A stretch of 63,129 bases of DNA, filler included, from Nitrospiraceae bacterium (GCA_037442105.1; 5 parts of 5 records of this genome joined end to end with filler, not necessarily neighbours in it), one strand, 5' to 3'; shown: positions 19,189-29,339, counted from the first letter of the whole stretch. The notes: generated by a model not told the origin, from the sequence alone. Numbers and translations: made by a program.

Positions 19189-19707
19189 GTGAAGTTTCCT
19201 GTTTCTTCCAGCCAGCGACACAAGGGCAAGACACTCGATCTCGACGCGGCGCGCGAAGTAGTGACGTTGCTTGGAGTGCATGGTGAACCGCTCGGCAACC
19301 TCTCCTGGGAGTTCGTCATCGACCAAATTTTGACCTATCGGACTCCCGGCGTTCCGTGCGATGCGCGAAGCGAGCCGCGGGTCTCTTTGTCCGTACGGGT
19401 GAAGTACAACACGCCGGAGGGCACTCAGTTCGACAGCCGTGCCAATGGCATCGGCGGCGGCGGGCTCTTCATCGAAAGTCCGGAGCCGCTTCCGGTCGGC
19501 ACAAAGCTGGCCGTCCAGTTTGCCTTGCTCGATAACCCATCGGAGTGGTTGCACGCGAAGGGCGTGGTCGCATGGGTTTGTCCCAAAGCCGATCAATATA
19601 CCTTCAGCCCGGGGATGGGAGTCCAGTTCACGGACATCGCGCCGGAGGCGCGAAACCGCATTCTGGAACTCGTCAGATCGCTCAAAAGCATCGGCCAGCC
19701 GGCTTGA
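19189..19707 (+). CDS. PilZ-domain protein
   Basis: RSEPR (RxxxR), GGLFIES, G.V.W, PGMGVQF. Confidence 0.8.
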   Translation: MKFPVSSSQRHKGKTLDLDAAREVVTLLGVHGEPLGNLSWEFVIDQILTYRTPGVPCDARSEPRVSLSVRVKYNTPEGTQFDSRANGIGGGGLFIESPEPLPVGTKLAVQFALLDNPSEWLHAKGVVAWVCPKADQYTFSPGMGVQFTDIAPEARNRILELVRSLKSIGQPA

Positions 19708-19778
19708 CCTATGCACCTCGCATGTTCCAGGCGTTTCAGATTGTTCTCCCGTTCAATGTCCTATGAGAGAATGACTTG

Positions 19779-20297
19779 ATGAAATTTCCGGTGACGGTGA
19801 CGCAGGGACACGAAGGTAAAGCGCTACAGGTCGATTGCGACCGGGAGACGGTCATGTTATTGGGCCCACAAGGAGAACTGCTCGGCGCAATCCCTTGGAG
19901 TGCGATCATAGAACGCATCCTTTCGAGCGATGAAGAAAGCCGGTTTGCCCATGCCCGATCGCATCCACGGGCCCCACTTGCTGTGAAGGTGCGGTATACG
20001 ACACCGGAAGGGAAGCAGTTTGACAGCCTGACTGGAGGAATCGGCGGAGGAGGGCTGTTCATCGAAAGCAGCGCGCCGCTACGACCAGGAACCGAATTGG
20101 CAATCGAGTTTGCTCTCCCGGACCGTCCATGGGAGAAACTCAAGGCAAAGGCCAAGGTGGCTTGGACTCGCAACAAACCGGAGCGCTACCTACTTTTCCC
20201 CGGGATGGGCGTCCAGTTTACTGATATCGCACCAGGGGATCGAGAGCAACTTGTGGAGTTCGTTAATGCCCTCAATCGGAACCGAGCGACGACGTAA
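19779..20297 (+). CDS. PilZ-domain protein (paralog of upstream gene)
   Basis: RSHPR, GGLFIES, PGMGVQFTDI; collinear with 19189-19707. Confidence 0.8.
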   Translation: MKFPVTVTQGHEGKALQVDCDRETVMLLGPQGELLGAIPWSAIIERILSSDEESRFAHARSHPRAPLAVKVRYTTPEGKQFDSLTGGIGGGGLFIESSAPLRPGTELAIEFALPDRPWEKLKAKAKVAWTRNKPERYLLFPGMGVQFTDIAPGDREQLVEFVNALNRNRATT

Positions 20298-21066
20298 TTT
20301 GACGGCTCGCCCACTGAGCCCACCGGCGCACTGCCGCATCCTGGTCGTTCTTCGCCATAATCTGCAGGGCCTCCATCGCTCCTCGGTCCCCCATTTTCCC
20401 CAGCCGAAACGCTGCTTCGCTTCTTACCCCGCTTGCCGGATCGGTCAGCCCTCTTTCACGTAGAAAAGGGATCGCTCGGCTGTCGGCGAGTTCCCCCAAA
20501 GCCGATACCGCACCCTGACGTACCGCCACATCCTCGTCATGCAACACCGCTACCAAGGCGGGATAGGCAGCCGAGGCTTCGATCGATGCCAGCGCCGACA
20601 CCGCCGCGCGTCGCGTTGAGACATCGGCGCTCTGTAGCGAAGCGATAAGCCGTTCCACCAAAACAGGCGTACTCTGGAAATCCCCCAATGTCTGTGCCGC
20701 CACCTGCTTGACTTCCTCAGAAGAATCGTCCAGCAGTCCGGCCACACGAATTCCGACCTGTACCTCCCCGGCCGCTACTCGGCCGATGGCCCAAACGCTG
20801 GCTGCACGCACCCGGTGGTCAGGGTCTCCTAGAGCTTCCAGCAATGCGGCGCTCCCGCCGGGCTGGCCGACTTTTCCCAGCGCCTCCGCCGCTGAATGAC
20901 GGATTTCGGGGTCCTGATCCTTGAGCGAGGCAGTCAAGCGAGCAACGAGATGCTCAAGGCTCGATGGCGGAGAGTCGAGATAGCAGGCGGCGAGGCCGCT
21001 CAAAGCGAGAAGGAGAAGGAGAAGGAATCCTCTCAGGTGACAAACGATCTTTGCGCTGACTTGCAC
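20272..21066 (-). CDS. HEAT-repeat protein, putative lipoprotein
   Basis: Repeated L.D.D..VR..AA.ALG units; LAAC lipobox. Confidence 0.8.
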   Translation of the reverse strand: MQVSAKIVCHLRGFLLLLLLALSGLAACYLDSPPSSLEHLVARLTASLKDQDPEIRHSAAEALGKVGQPGGSAALLEALGDPDHRVRAASVWAIGRVAAGEVQVGIRVAGLLDDSSEEVKQVAAQTLGDFQSTPVLVERLIASLQSADVSTRRAAVSALASIEASAAYPALVAVLHDEDVAVRQGAVSALGELADSRAIPFLRERGLTDPASGVRSEAAFRLGKMGDRGAMEALQIMAKNDQDAAVRRWAQWASRQITSSLGSD

Positions 21067-21100
21067 GAGCTTTGAAGGGAGTCAGAGAGGCTCGATTGAA

Positions 21101-21913
21101 TTACGCCGGCTTGGGCGGTTCTTCATGTGCGGCCGGCAATTCTTTCGCGGCTTCGATGGATTGTTCGATTTCCTTCTGCGCCGCATCCATCTCCGCTTGG
21201 ATCGTCCGCATCTCAGGGTCTACCGTACTGCGCACATCCGCCACCGCCTGGCGAAAGGTCCGCAGTGCATCGCCAATGCCTTCGCCGAGACTTTGCATAT
21301 CCTGCGGAGTCACACCGGACTGTTGCTGTTGAGCCTTTGTCTTCAGAGCCGCCTGTGCGGCCTGCACACGCGCCACCGCATCCTTGTTCACAACGGCTGA
21401 CGGCCGCTTGGCAACGGGCTTTGGCTGGGCGCTAGGAGGGAGCGGTGGATATTGCGCCCTGGCCACCGGAGTTGGGGTGGTCATCCGCTCCTCCATGTTC
21501 AACGTCTGATTCGCCTGAGCCGCTGTTTGACCAGCACCTTGCGAAGGAGCAACCGTCCTCGTCTTCGGAGCCTGAGGCCCGAGGTTGGCCATAGTTGCAG
21601 CGGTAGTCCCGGGCGTCAGTTCCGGTCCTGGCGTATAGGGAGCTGTCGGTTTCGGAGCTGCTTGAGCCTGAGCTTGCACGGGTGGAACCACTTGTGCTTC
21701 ATCGGTCGCCGGCCTGGCTGCCGCTTGGGCTGTTCCCCGGTCAGCGGGTGGAGACGCCGTGTCAAGCGGAGGAACGTCGTGCACCTCTTTCTTAAATCCT
21801 TTCAGCGCCTTACCAAGCCCTTCACCGATCTGCGGGAGCTTGCCAGCTCCGAATATGATCAAAACGATCACCAGGATGATGATCAATTCAGAAAATCCCA
21901 GGGTGCCGAACAT
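21101..21913 (-). CDS. tatA: Twin-arginine translocase TatA/TatE-family subunit with long C-terminal extension
   Basis: ELIIILVIVLIIFGAGKLPQIGEGLGKALKGFKK N-terminus. Confidence 0.8.
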   Translation of the reverse strand: MFGTLGFSELIIILVIVLIIFGAGKLPQIGEGLGKALKGFKKEVHDVPPLDTASPPADRGTAQAAARPATDEAQVVPPVQAQAQAAPKPTAPYTPGPELTPGTTAATMANLGPQAPKTRTVAPSQGAGQTAAQANQTLNMEERMTTPTPVARAQYPPLPPSAQPKPVAKRPSAVVNKDAVARVQAAQAALKTKAQQQQSGVTPQDMQSLGEGIGDALRTFRQAVADVRSTVDPEMRTIQAEMDAAQKEIEQSIEAAKELPAAHEEPPKPA

Positions 21914-21996
21914 CGCGTAATTCCTTTCGGACTAAAACTTGCAGTGACTCTATCCGGTGGTTACGAGCACTGTCAAGCAGGGAACACAGGCTAGCC

Positions 21997-23220
21997 TCAT
22001 GCCTCGTGCCCCGCGCCCAGGATCGGCACGATTTCGGTTTGAAGGGGTAGACCATAGATGTGGGCATCCTGGTCGGTGAGATACACGTCCAGCTCGCTTC
22101 TGATGCCGAATTCACCGGCCAAATAGATCCCCGGCTCGATGGAGAAGCAGGTACCCGGAAGAAGGCGGCGGCTATCCTGTGTTTCGAGGTTGTCGATGTT
22201 GGCTCCGTTTCCGTGAACCTCCTCGCCGATCGAGTGGCCCGTGCGATGAAGAAACCTGTCCCCGTATCCCGCCTCACGGATCACGGTCCGGCATACATCA
22301 TCCACTTCCCAGCCGCAGGGGAACGATCCAGCCCCGACGCGCTTATGTACGAAGGCGAATGCGGCATCGCGCGCTTGTCGGACGATGTGAAACACGGCTT
22401 GCTGGCTGGCGGGCACCGTCGCGCCAACATAGCCGGTCCAGGTAATGTCGGCGTATACCGAACCGGGTGCCGGCTGTTTGGCCCAGAGGTCGATCAGAAT
22501 CAAGTCACCATGACGGATCGTCGCGGCCCTTTCAGGACCAGGCCCATAATGCGGATCGGCGCTATGTTCGTTCACCGCCACGATCGGAGGACTGCCGGTC
22601 ACCACCCCATGCGCCTGCATGCGCGACAATATGAACTGCTGCAAATCATATTCGGTCAGGGCCTGCCCGGCGAGGAGCAACGCTCGCACATACGAAAAGG
22701 CTTCATCGACGATCCGGCGCAACACCTCAGCGGCCACGCGGTGCGATTCCAATTGCCGCTCGTTCCATACCGCTTCGAACCGCTGGACAAGATCGGCAGA
22801 GGTCGTCACCTCCACTCCAAAGCTGCGGATCAACTCAATGGTTCCGGCATCGACGCGCGAGATGTAGGGAATGGCGTTCTTCGGAGAATATTGCATCGCG
22901 ATCCGCACCGCACCGCGCAAGAGCGCCGCCAAGGCCGCCCGCTGTTCTGTCCACGAAATATACGAGACCGTTTCACCCGGCAGCACGTCGAGCACGTGAG
23001 ATTCGATGCAGTGAAGCAGCTTGATGGGACGACCCTGCCGAGGAATCCAGTAGTACCACCGGCGGGTCACATGCGCGGGAGGGTCGAGCTTGAGCACACG
23101 GTAGGCCAAGGGGTCGCTGCCGCGGAAATCATAGAACAGCCAGCCATCCAGCCCCGCCTGTTCTGCGAACGCCCGCTGGATCTCCGCTACTCGTTGCTCG
23201 TGCGCGGTCGATTCGTTCAT
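21997..23220 (-). CDS. M24 family metallopeptidase (Xaa-Pro)
   Basis: DLW..YADITW, HRTGHSIG, FSIEPGIY, GIRSE. Confidence 0.9.
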   Translation of the reverse strand: MNESTAHEQRVAEIQRAFAEQAGLDGWLFYDFRGSDPLAYRVLKLDPPAHVTRRWYYWIPRQGRPIKLLHCIESHVLDVLPGETVSYISWTEQRAALAALLRGAVRIAMQYSPKNAIPYISRVDAGTIELIRSFGVEVTTSADLVQRFEAVWNERQLESHRVAAEVLRRIVDEAFSYVRALLLAGQALTEYDLQQFILSRMQAHGVVTGSPPIVAVNEHSADPHYGPGPERAATIRHGDLILIDLWAKQPAPGSVYADITWTGYVGATVPASQQAVFHIVRQARDAAFAFVHKRVGAGSFPCGWEVDDVCRTVIREAGYGDRFLHRTGHSIGEEVHGNGANIDNLETQDSRRLLPGTCFSIEPGIYLAGEFGIRSELDVYLTDQDAHIYGLPLQTEIVPILGAGHEA

Positions 23221-23292
23221 TACGGCGCATCTTATCGCCGGGCCGAGGGGCCGTCAATTCGCGGGTAGGAACGGTATAGATGGCGTGCTAGA

Positions 23293-23808
23293 ATGCCGCC
23301 GCGATTGTCGGAGTCGCCCCTTATACCGTATACCGTGATGTGGTTCACTGCTGCCTCAGAACAAGCCCAGTACCGAATCACCTTCTTTTTCGGTCCGGAA
23401 CCGGTGGCCGACCAGCCTGACAACGTGAGTTGCGTGTTCAACGTCAAGAAACGGAGTTGGAAAGGGGGCATCCAAGTAGCCGTCGAGGTCAGAGACAAGC
23501 AGATCGAGCATGCCCGGCAGGTGCTTGCTCTGTCAGATGCGCTCACCAAGGCGCTGGCTGGCGTACCGCCGGATGAGCAGGCACCGTACGTCACCCGGGC
23601 GGATGAGCTGCTCACGCAAGCCGTCTGTAGATGCAAGCTGGATTGTGCATTGGTTGCCGGGCTGACCCAAGAAAATCAACGGATCCCTGGTGGCAGGTTT
23701 GAGGATGAGCTGGAAAAGAAGCTGGCTGACAATCGCACGTCGATCGTGGCCTACGTCCTACGAGAACTCGATCTCGCCGACGCATCGAACCCTGCCGGCT
23801 CCCTGTAA
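23293..23808 (+). CDS. Hypothetical protein (start may be 23338)
   Basis: Fills the gap divergent from the M24 gene; plausible composition. Confidence 0.6.
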   Translation: MPPRLSESPLIPYTVMWFTAASEQAQYRITFFFGPEPVADQPDNVSCVFNVKKRSWKGGIQVAVEVRDKQIEHARQVLALSDALTKALAGVPPDEQAPYVTRADELLTQAVCRCKLDCALVAGLTQENQRIPGGRFEDELEKKLADNRTSIVAYVLRELDLADASNPAGSL

Positions 23809-23950
23809 CGCACGTCGCGCTCTTCAGGGGTTTGCATTCGCAGGTGAATTTGTTATAAGGGCAAGCGAAAGACGCGATGAGTTTTCGGATACACGCCCGC
23901 GGATTCCGGCAACGAACGCTATTCACTTGAACAACAAGGAGGTGCGCCAC

Positions 23951-24415
23951 GTGAACGCCATCACGAAACCAGGTTCGAGCCAGCCTTCGAGGAGAGTCTT
24001 CACCGCGACCGCAATGATAGTCGCCTTCTGTTTCGGTGCGTTCCTGATCGCACCGGTCGCCCAGGCGCAAGACGGCACATCACCGGCTTCTCCTCAAACG
24101 ACCACCCCGTCTTCGACCGATACCTCGCAAGGAACGGCTTCCGGCGCCGGCATACAAGCGGCATCCGTGCTGGCCACGGTTGTGTACTTTCCGTTTAAGG
24201 CCGCGTTCGCGATCGGAGGAGGGATTGTGGGTGGTCTCGCGTACGCCTTTTCGGGTGGAAACGAGACGGCCGCAAAAAGCATCTGGCAGACCAGTGTATA
24301 CGGCACCTATATCATCACGCCGGAACATCTGAGCGGCGACAAGCCTGTTCGTTTCCTCGGTGTCCCTGCCCAAACAGACAGCGTAGCGCCCGCAATCGCT
24401 GAGCCAGCTCGGTAG
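23951..24415 (+). CDS. Exported/membrane hypothetical protein
   Basis: AAGGAGGT RBS before GTG 23951; signal peptide ending AQA; Gly-rich hydrophobic hairpin. Confidence 0.7.
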   Translation: MNAITKPGSSQPSRRVFTATAMIVAFCFGAFLIAPVAQAQDGTSPASPQTTTPSSTDTSQGTASGAGIQAASVLATVVYFPFKAAFAIGGGIVGGLAYAFSGGNETAAKSIWQTSVYGTYIITPEHLSGDKPVRFLGVPAQTDSVAPAIAEPAR

Positions 24416-24417
24416 GC

Positions 24418-25155
24418 ATGAAGCCCCTCATCGGGATTACGCCGGACTTTAATGCAGGTGATCGGGAGGACATGGGAGGACGCGAGCCGACTTATTTCCT
24501 GAGAGCTCGCTATGTCCGCGCGGTTGAGGAGCTAGGCGGCATCCCGCTGGTGCTTCCACTCATTGCCGATTCTCGTGCCAGGCGCCGGCTGCTAAAAGGT
24601 CTCGATGGGCTTCTGCTGACCGGCAGCGGCCCCGATCTCGATCCCCGGTTGTACGGCGAACGGCAACAGTACAAGTTTCGGACCGTCAGCAAGCGCCGGG
24701 CCGACTTCGAGTTAGAGGTCGTCCGCCTGGCGGCCGACTCAGGTCTGCCGACCTTAGGAATCTGCGGAGGGATGCAGAGTATCAACGTCGCCTGCGGCGG
24801 GAGCCTGTTCCAGGACATTCCTTCCCAAATCCGTGACGCGTTGCAGCACCGGCAGCCAACCCCCGCCACCAACCTCTCCCATTCCGTCGAGGTCAAGCCA
24901 GGGAGTTTGTTGCAGCGGATCATTCGCCAGGCCCGTTTGCGCGTGAACAGCTCCCATCACCAATCGGTCAAAGCGGTGGCCCCGTCGCTCCTGGCCACCG
25001 CCACCGCGCCCGATGGAGTCATCGAAGCGATCGAGTTGCCCACTCATCGCTTCTTTCTCGGGATTCAGTGGCATCCCGAATTTCTGTTCGATCGCCATGC
25101 CCTCCATCGTCGTCTCTTTCAAGCCTTTCTTAAGGCTGCAGGTCGGCGGACCTGA
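24418..25155 (+). CDS. Gamma-glutamyl-gamma-aminobutyrate hydrolase family (peptidase C26, PuuD-like)
   Basis: LGICGGMQ, VNSSHHQ, GIQWHPE class I amidotransferase motifs. Confidence 0.85.
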   Translation: MKPLIGITPDFNAGDREDMGGREPTYFLRARYVRAVEELGGIPLVLPLIADSRARRRLLKGLDGLLLTGSGPDLDPRLYGERQQYKFRTVSKRRADFELEVVRLAADSGLPTLGICGGMQSINVACGGSLFQDIPSQIRDALQHRQPTPATNLSHSVEVKPGSLLQRIIRQARLRVNSSHHQSVKAVAPSLLATATAPDGVIEAIELPTHRFFLGIQWHPEFLFDRHALHRRLFQAFLKAAGRRT

Positions 25156-25320
25156 GGCCATAAGATGCCCTTACTGTCCGCCCGGGCACGTTGCTTGTGC
25201 GACAGAGCTGGCCGGGGAGAGGCAGGTTTCTCTGCCGAACCTGCTATACTTTCGGGTAGGTTTCGCGCGATCCTGCGCGGCACGCGTTTCATCCTGGTCC
25301 TTAACACGTCCGGAGACTAA

Positions 25321-26781
25321 GTGACTAGTCGCCTGTTCCGTACCAAATCCATCGACCAGATTCTTGCCGATGCGGATCGGCCGGAACACCGCCTGAAGAA
25401 AACGCTCACCGCCTGGGATCTGACGGCACTCGGCATCGGCGCGATTATCGGCACCGGAATTTTCGTCCTGATCGGGACGGCCATTGTCGGGGATTCCCAT
25501 CGGCCCGGCGCCGGACCGGGGATCGTCCTCTCGTTCGTGCTTTCTGGATTGACCTGTGCGTTCGCCGCGCTTTGCTACGCTGAATTCGCCGCTATGATAC
25601 CCGTGGCAGGATCGGCCTATACCTATTCATATGCGACGCTCGGAGAGTTCCTGGCCTGGCTCACCGGCTGGAATCTGATTCTCGAATACGGGGTGGCCTG
25701 CGTGGCGGTAGCCATCGGATGGTCAGGGTACTTCAACAACATTCTGAAGCTTGCCGGCATCGAACTGCCTCACTGGGCAACCCATCCGCCCGGCGGGCCG
25801 GACGGGGGAATCGCGAACTTTCCGGCGGCAATCATCGTCCTGCTCGTGACCGGCATTCTGATCCTGGGCGTCAAGGAAAGCGCCCGCACCACCGGCGTGA
25901 TCGTCACAGTGAAGATCGCCGTGATTCTGTTCTTCATCGCGGTGGGCTCCTCGTCGATCGAGCCAGCCAACTGGGTCCCCTTCATGCCTTACGGGTTCTC
26001 GGGAGTCGGAGCCGCAGCCGCCATCGTCTTTTTCGCGTATATCGGATTCGATGCCGTCTCGACAACGGCCGAGGAAGCGCGCAACCCGCAGCGGGACATT
26101 CCGATCGGGATCATCGCATCGCTCGGCATTTGCACGGTCCTCTATATCACCGTCGCCGCCGTTCTAACCGGGCTGGTCCCCTACACAAAAATCGACGTCC
26201 ATGCACCAGTCGCGGAAGCGTTGCGCGTTGCCGGCTTTCAGTGGGGCGCGGCAGTTGTCGCGACCGGCGCAGTAGCGGGCATCACCAGCGTCCTCGTCGT
26301 CATGATGATCGGACAGATTCGAGTGTTCTTCGCAATGTCCCGTGATCGTCTGCTCGGCCCGTGGTTGTCTGCGGTCCATCCCACGTTCGGCACCCCACAT
26401 CATGCAACCTTGGTGACCGGCATCGGCGTGGCAATCCTTTCTGCATTAGTGCCCATCGGCGACGCGGCGGACATGACCAACATCGGGACCCTGTTTGCCT
26501 TTGTGCTCGTGTGCATCGGCGTGGTCGTGCTCCGGTACACGAAACCTAACTTGCCCCGCCCCTTCCGCCTTCCCCTCATGCCGTGGGTTCCCATCCTCGG
26601 CATGCTCGCCTGTCTCGGCTTGATGGCGTTCCTCCCCCTGCTCACCTGGATCCGCTTCGGTGTCTGGACCGTTATCGGGGTCCTGGCTTACATGTGGTAC
26701 GGCATAAAGCACAGCCGGTTGGAGACTGAGACCACCGCCACGGCAGGCGTGCAACGGATCACACAGTCCGAACACGCGTGA
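25321..26781 (+). CDS. APC-family amino acid permease
   Basis: GIGAIIGTGIF, AGSAY, FFAYIGFD, EE..NPQR; many TM helices. Confidence 0.93.
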   Translation: MTSRLFRTKSIDQILADADRPEHRLKKTLTAWDLTALGIGAIIGTGIFVLIGTAIVGDSHRPGAGPGIVLSFVLSGLTCAFAALCYAEFAAMIPVAGSAYTYSYATLGEFLAWLTGWNLILEYGVACVAVAIGWSGYFNNILKLAGIELPHWATHPPGGPDGGIANFPAAIIVLLVTGILILGVKESARTTGVIVTVKIAVILFFIAVGSSSIEPANWVPFMPYGFSGVGAAAAIVFFAYIGFDAVSTTAEEARNPQRDIPIGIIASLGICTVLYITVAAVLTGLVPYTKIDVHAPVAEALRVAGFQWGAAVVATGAVAGITSVLVVMMIGQIRVFFAMSRDRLLGPWLSAVHPTFGTPHHATLVTGIGVAILSALVPIGDAADMTNIGTLFAFVLVCIGVVVLRYTKPNLPRPFRLPLMPWVPILGMLACLGLMAFLPLLTWIRFGVWTVIGVLAYMWYGIKHSRLETETTATAGVQRITQSEHA

Positions 26782-26797
26782 TGTGGTAGTCGGTGGG

Positions 26798-27235
26798 TTA
26801 AGACGAAGAGGTTTCAGCCGAAGCCGGAGCCGGAGCCGCAGCCTCAGGTTGAGCCGGGGAGGCAGCTTGAGTGGGAGCTGCGGCTGGCAGAGCCGCGGCA
26901 GGAGGAGTACTGGCGGGGGCCTCGGCGGCAGGCGCAGCCGGTTTAGGGGGAGCCGGTGGCTTCGGCGGCGCAGGCTTCTCGGGTTTGATTCCCCCTTCCC
27001 ACGCAGGCCCTGAATAGACTTCAGCCAAAAGTCCTTTGGTTTTCCACTTCTCCTCGAAATCCGCCGCCGCCTTGTTTGGAGTCTCGCCAATCCCCACGAT
27101 GTTGTTCCAGGGATAGGCCTTGGGGCCTATCTGGCAGCCAGTGGTCGTCCGCTTCAGATAGAGGGCGATGGGGTTCCCGCGATAGGGACCTAGGTAGATG
27201 TGGATACAGCCCACGTATTCCAACAGATCGGCCAT
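26798..27235 (-). CDS. Hypothetical protein with Pro/Ala-rich tail
   Basis: GGAGG RBS before ATG 27235; globular N-part, low-complexity tail. Confidence 0.65.
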   Translation of the reverse strand: MADLLEYVGCIHIYLGPYRGNPIALYLKRTTTGCQIGPKAYPWNNIVGIGETPNKAAADFEEKWKTKGLLAEVYSGPAWEGGIKPEKPAPPKPPAPPKPAAPAAEAPASTPPAAALPAAAPTQAASPAQPEAAAPAPASAETSSS

Positions 27236-27513
27236 TCCCGCCTCCGAGAGGGGACATGATGCCATAACCACCAGCCGCAGGCAAGCTGAGGGGGAGTCAG
27301 TATCAACCCACTTTAGAAATGTCCTCTATTGAGCCTGTCAGGGCTTTGTGCCGACACTGTGGCCGGAGTATGACGGCTTTTCAGAATTTCCCGGTGGTCG
27401 GGACCACGATATTTGGAAGCTCGGACGAGCCCGCACCGCTAGACAGGTGCTTTACGAGGCCATTAAGATACGGGCGGCGATGTGCGCATCGTGAGAAAGA
27501 GCCGCTTCGACAA

Positions 27514-29001
27514 ATGACCATCCAGAAGCTGATCGAAACGTTTGCAGCAAGGCTGGAAACCGCGCGGGATCATATCTCGGCCGGTGGACTGGACGCGCCT
27601 ATCACACTCTCGAAAGGGCGTCTGATCGCGACGCTCGGCACCCTCCACCTCTACGAATTCGAGTTGCCACCTGCCTCGGCCGTGGGGCTGGACGTCCCCG
27701 TAACGATTCTGCCCCCCGACGACATGGAGCCGACGGAGGGAGTCGTTTTGGGACAGAGCGAGCACAGCCTGACGGTCCAAACGTGTGATGCTATCGGGCA
27801 GATGGTTCCGTCCGCGACCCTCGTCCCAGACACCACCGGCTTTCTGTCAACGGCGTCGAAGCGCCTCGCTGAAATGGCGCTGAAGGCGGATCGCTATTCC
27901 ATGGGTCCGGCGGAGCGGCTCGTGCCATGGCTCACGTCTGCGCAGTCTGGAACCAGCAGCGCGTTACCCGACTCCGGCTCGTCGGTGCTCACGATGCTAT
28001 GGCAGGAAGGCATCGCAGCCAGACGGCAGAAGTTGGCAGGGCTGGCGACCGAGCTCATCCGGACCAATAAGCGAGTTTTGCTTATCAGCCCCGATCATCA
28101 GGCGGCGGACGACGCGCTTGGCCTGATCGCCCGTGCGATGAAAGCCGCGGGGATGTCGTTCAAAAGTTGGCTCAGCCGATACGAACTAGCAATGGCGAAC
28201 CAGGTAGCAGGCATCGCCCTGCAGGAACTGGGCTTCGAAGCCCAAATGCACCAGTTCTACGCCAAGTCTAGAGCCGAGAAAGCGGCGCTCCGTCGCAAGT
28301 ACGATCGCTTCCGTGAGCTGACTCCGTTACTGGCCCACAAGGCGCAGAAGCAACGGGATCTGGACGAAGTCCGCTTACTCGAGTGGCGGCTGTTGACCCA
28401 ATTGAGCGAACTCCAAGGTAAGATGAAGGAGGTCGACACAACGCTGGCCGAATACAACAACCTTCCCCTCTGGAAACGGCTGGGCATGCAGACACTGGGC
28501 AAGAATGCCGAGACACTCCAGCAATATCGAGTCCTGTACAAGCAGCGCGCAAGCGAACTGATGAGTGAGCTGGAGGTAGCCAAGAAACGCATCGAGGAAC
28601 TGGCACCGGAGGCAGCCGTCCCGAAAGATCTGCGCCCGGAGTTCGAGGAACTCAAGACGGAGGTAAAGCGGCTGGGCGGCACCAAGAAAATCCGGGAGCT
28701 GCTGGCAGCAGAAGAAGGGACGAACCGGCAAGCGTTTATCCAGAATCGGCGGCTCGTGGCGACCACCGCATCTCGCGTGGTGACAGATCCGCTCTTCGCC
28801 CGCATCCGGTTCGATGTCCTGCTGGTTGACGAAGCGCCCTTGATCCACGGTCCTTTCCTCATCGCCGCAGCCGGGATCGTGAACGAGCGGATTATCCTCA
28901 GCGGCGATCCGCGCGACATGGCATCGGCACGTGCGCGGAACCATTCCGCGCACATGCCTTGGTGGGAACAAGCGGGGCAAGCTTCGCCGGCTACCGGGTA
29001 A
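27514..29001 (+). CDS. SF1 (Upf1/DNA2-like) helicase-related protein, degenerate, with coiled-coil insertion
   Basis: RVLLISPDHQAADD, LVATT, FDVLLVDEA, IILSGDP present; no Walker A and no second RecA domain. Confidence 0.65.
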   Translation: MTIQKLIETFAARLETARDHISAGGLDAPITLSKGRLIATLGTLHLYEFELPPASAVGLDVPVTILPPDDMEPTEGVVLGQSEHSLTVQTCDAIGQMVPSATLVPDTTGFLSTASKRLAEMALKADRYSMGPAERLVPWLTSAQSGTSSALPDSGSSVLTMLWQEGIAARRQKLAGLATELIRTNKRVLLISPDHQAADDALGLIARAMKAAGMSFKSWLSRYELAMANQVAGIALQELGFEAQMHQFYAKSRAEKAALRRKYDRFRELTPLLAHKAQKQRDLDEVRLLEWRLLTQLSELQGKMKEVDTTLAEYNNLPLWKRLGMQTLGKNAETLQQYRVLYKQRASELMSELEVAKKRIEELAPEAAVPKDLRPEFEELKTEVKRLGGTKKIRELLAAEEGTNRQAFIQNRRLVATTASRVVTDPLFARIRFDVLLVDEAPLIHGPFLIAAAGIVNERIILSGDPRDMASARARNHSAHMPWWEQAGQASPATG

Positions 29002-29213
29002 ACCAACACCAGCCGGCATATGCAGCTTGACGGACTGTCCGTGAATTCAGGATAATCCGGCTCTCTGTTGTCTCATCGGCGTGCGCCAGAATTTTGGGCT
29101 GCTCAAGAGGGCTTCCACCTGGGCCGCGGCAAGCGAGAGCCGGTAGCGTACTCTTTGGTTAGTACGTCGGCGGCTTGAATGAAGCGAGAACAGTGGTCGA
29201 GAGATTTTTCCAC

Positions 29214-29334
29214 GGCACGCTCAAAATGGCCTTGAACAAGGCCGCAGGGAGCCTGCGAACGAGGCGTACGATGTTGTTACGTCGCAGTGAAGTAGGCGAC
29301 CGAGAACGAAGTTGAAGGCCATTTTCAGCGTGCC
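29214..29334. repeat. 121-bp inverted-repeat-bounded element, with a degenerate tandem copy at about 29097-29213
   Basis: GGCACGCTCAAAATGGCCTTGAAC / GTTGAAGGCCATTTTCAGCGTGCC, 22/24 complementary; shared internal GGCCGC..GCGTAC..TACGT..CGAGAAC core. Confidence 0.7.
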
Positions 29335-29339
29335 TTAAT

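Noticed and set aside
22060..23268. Long antisense ORFs (also 6752-7990, 40666-41823, 60339-61508 and others)
   Set aside because: Shadow frames of well-supported genes in high-GC DNA; no motifs.
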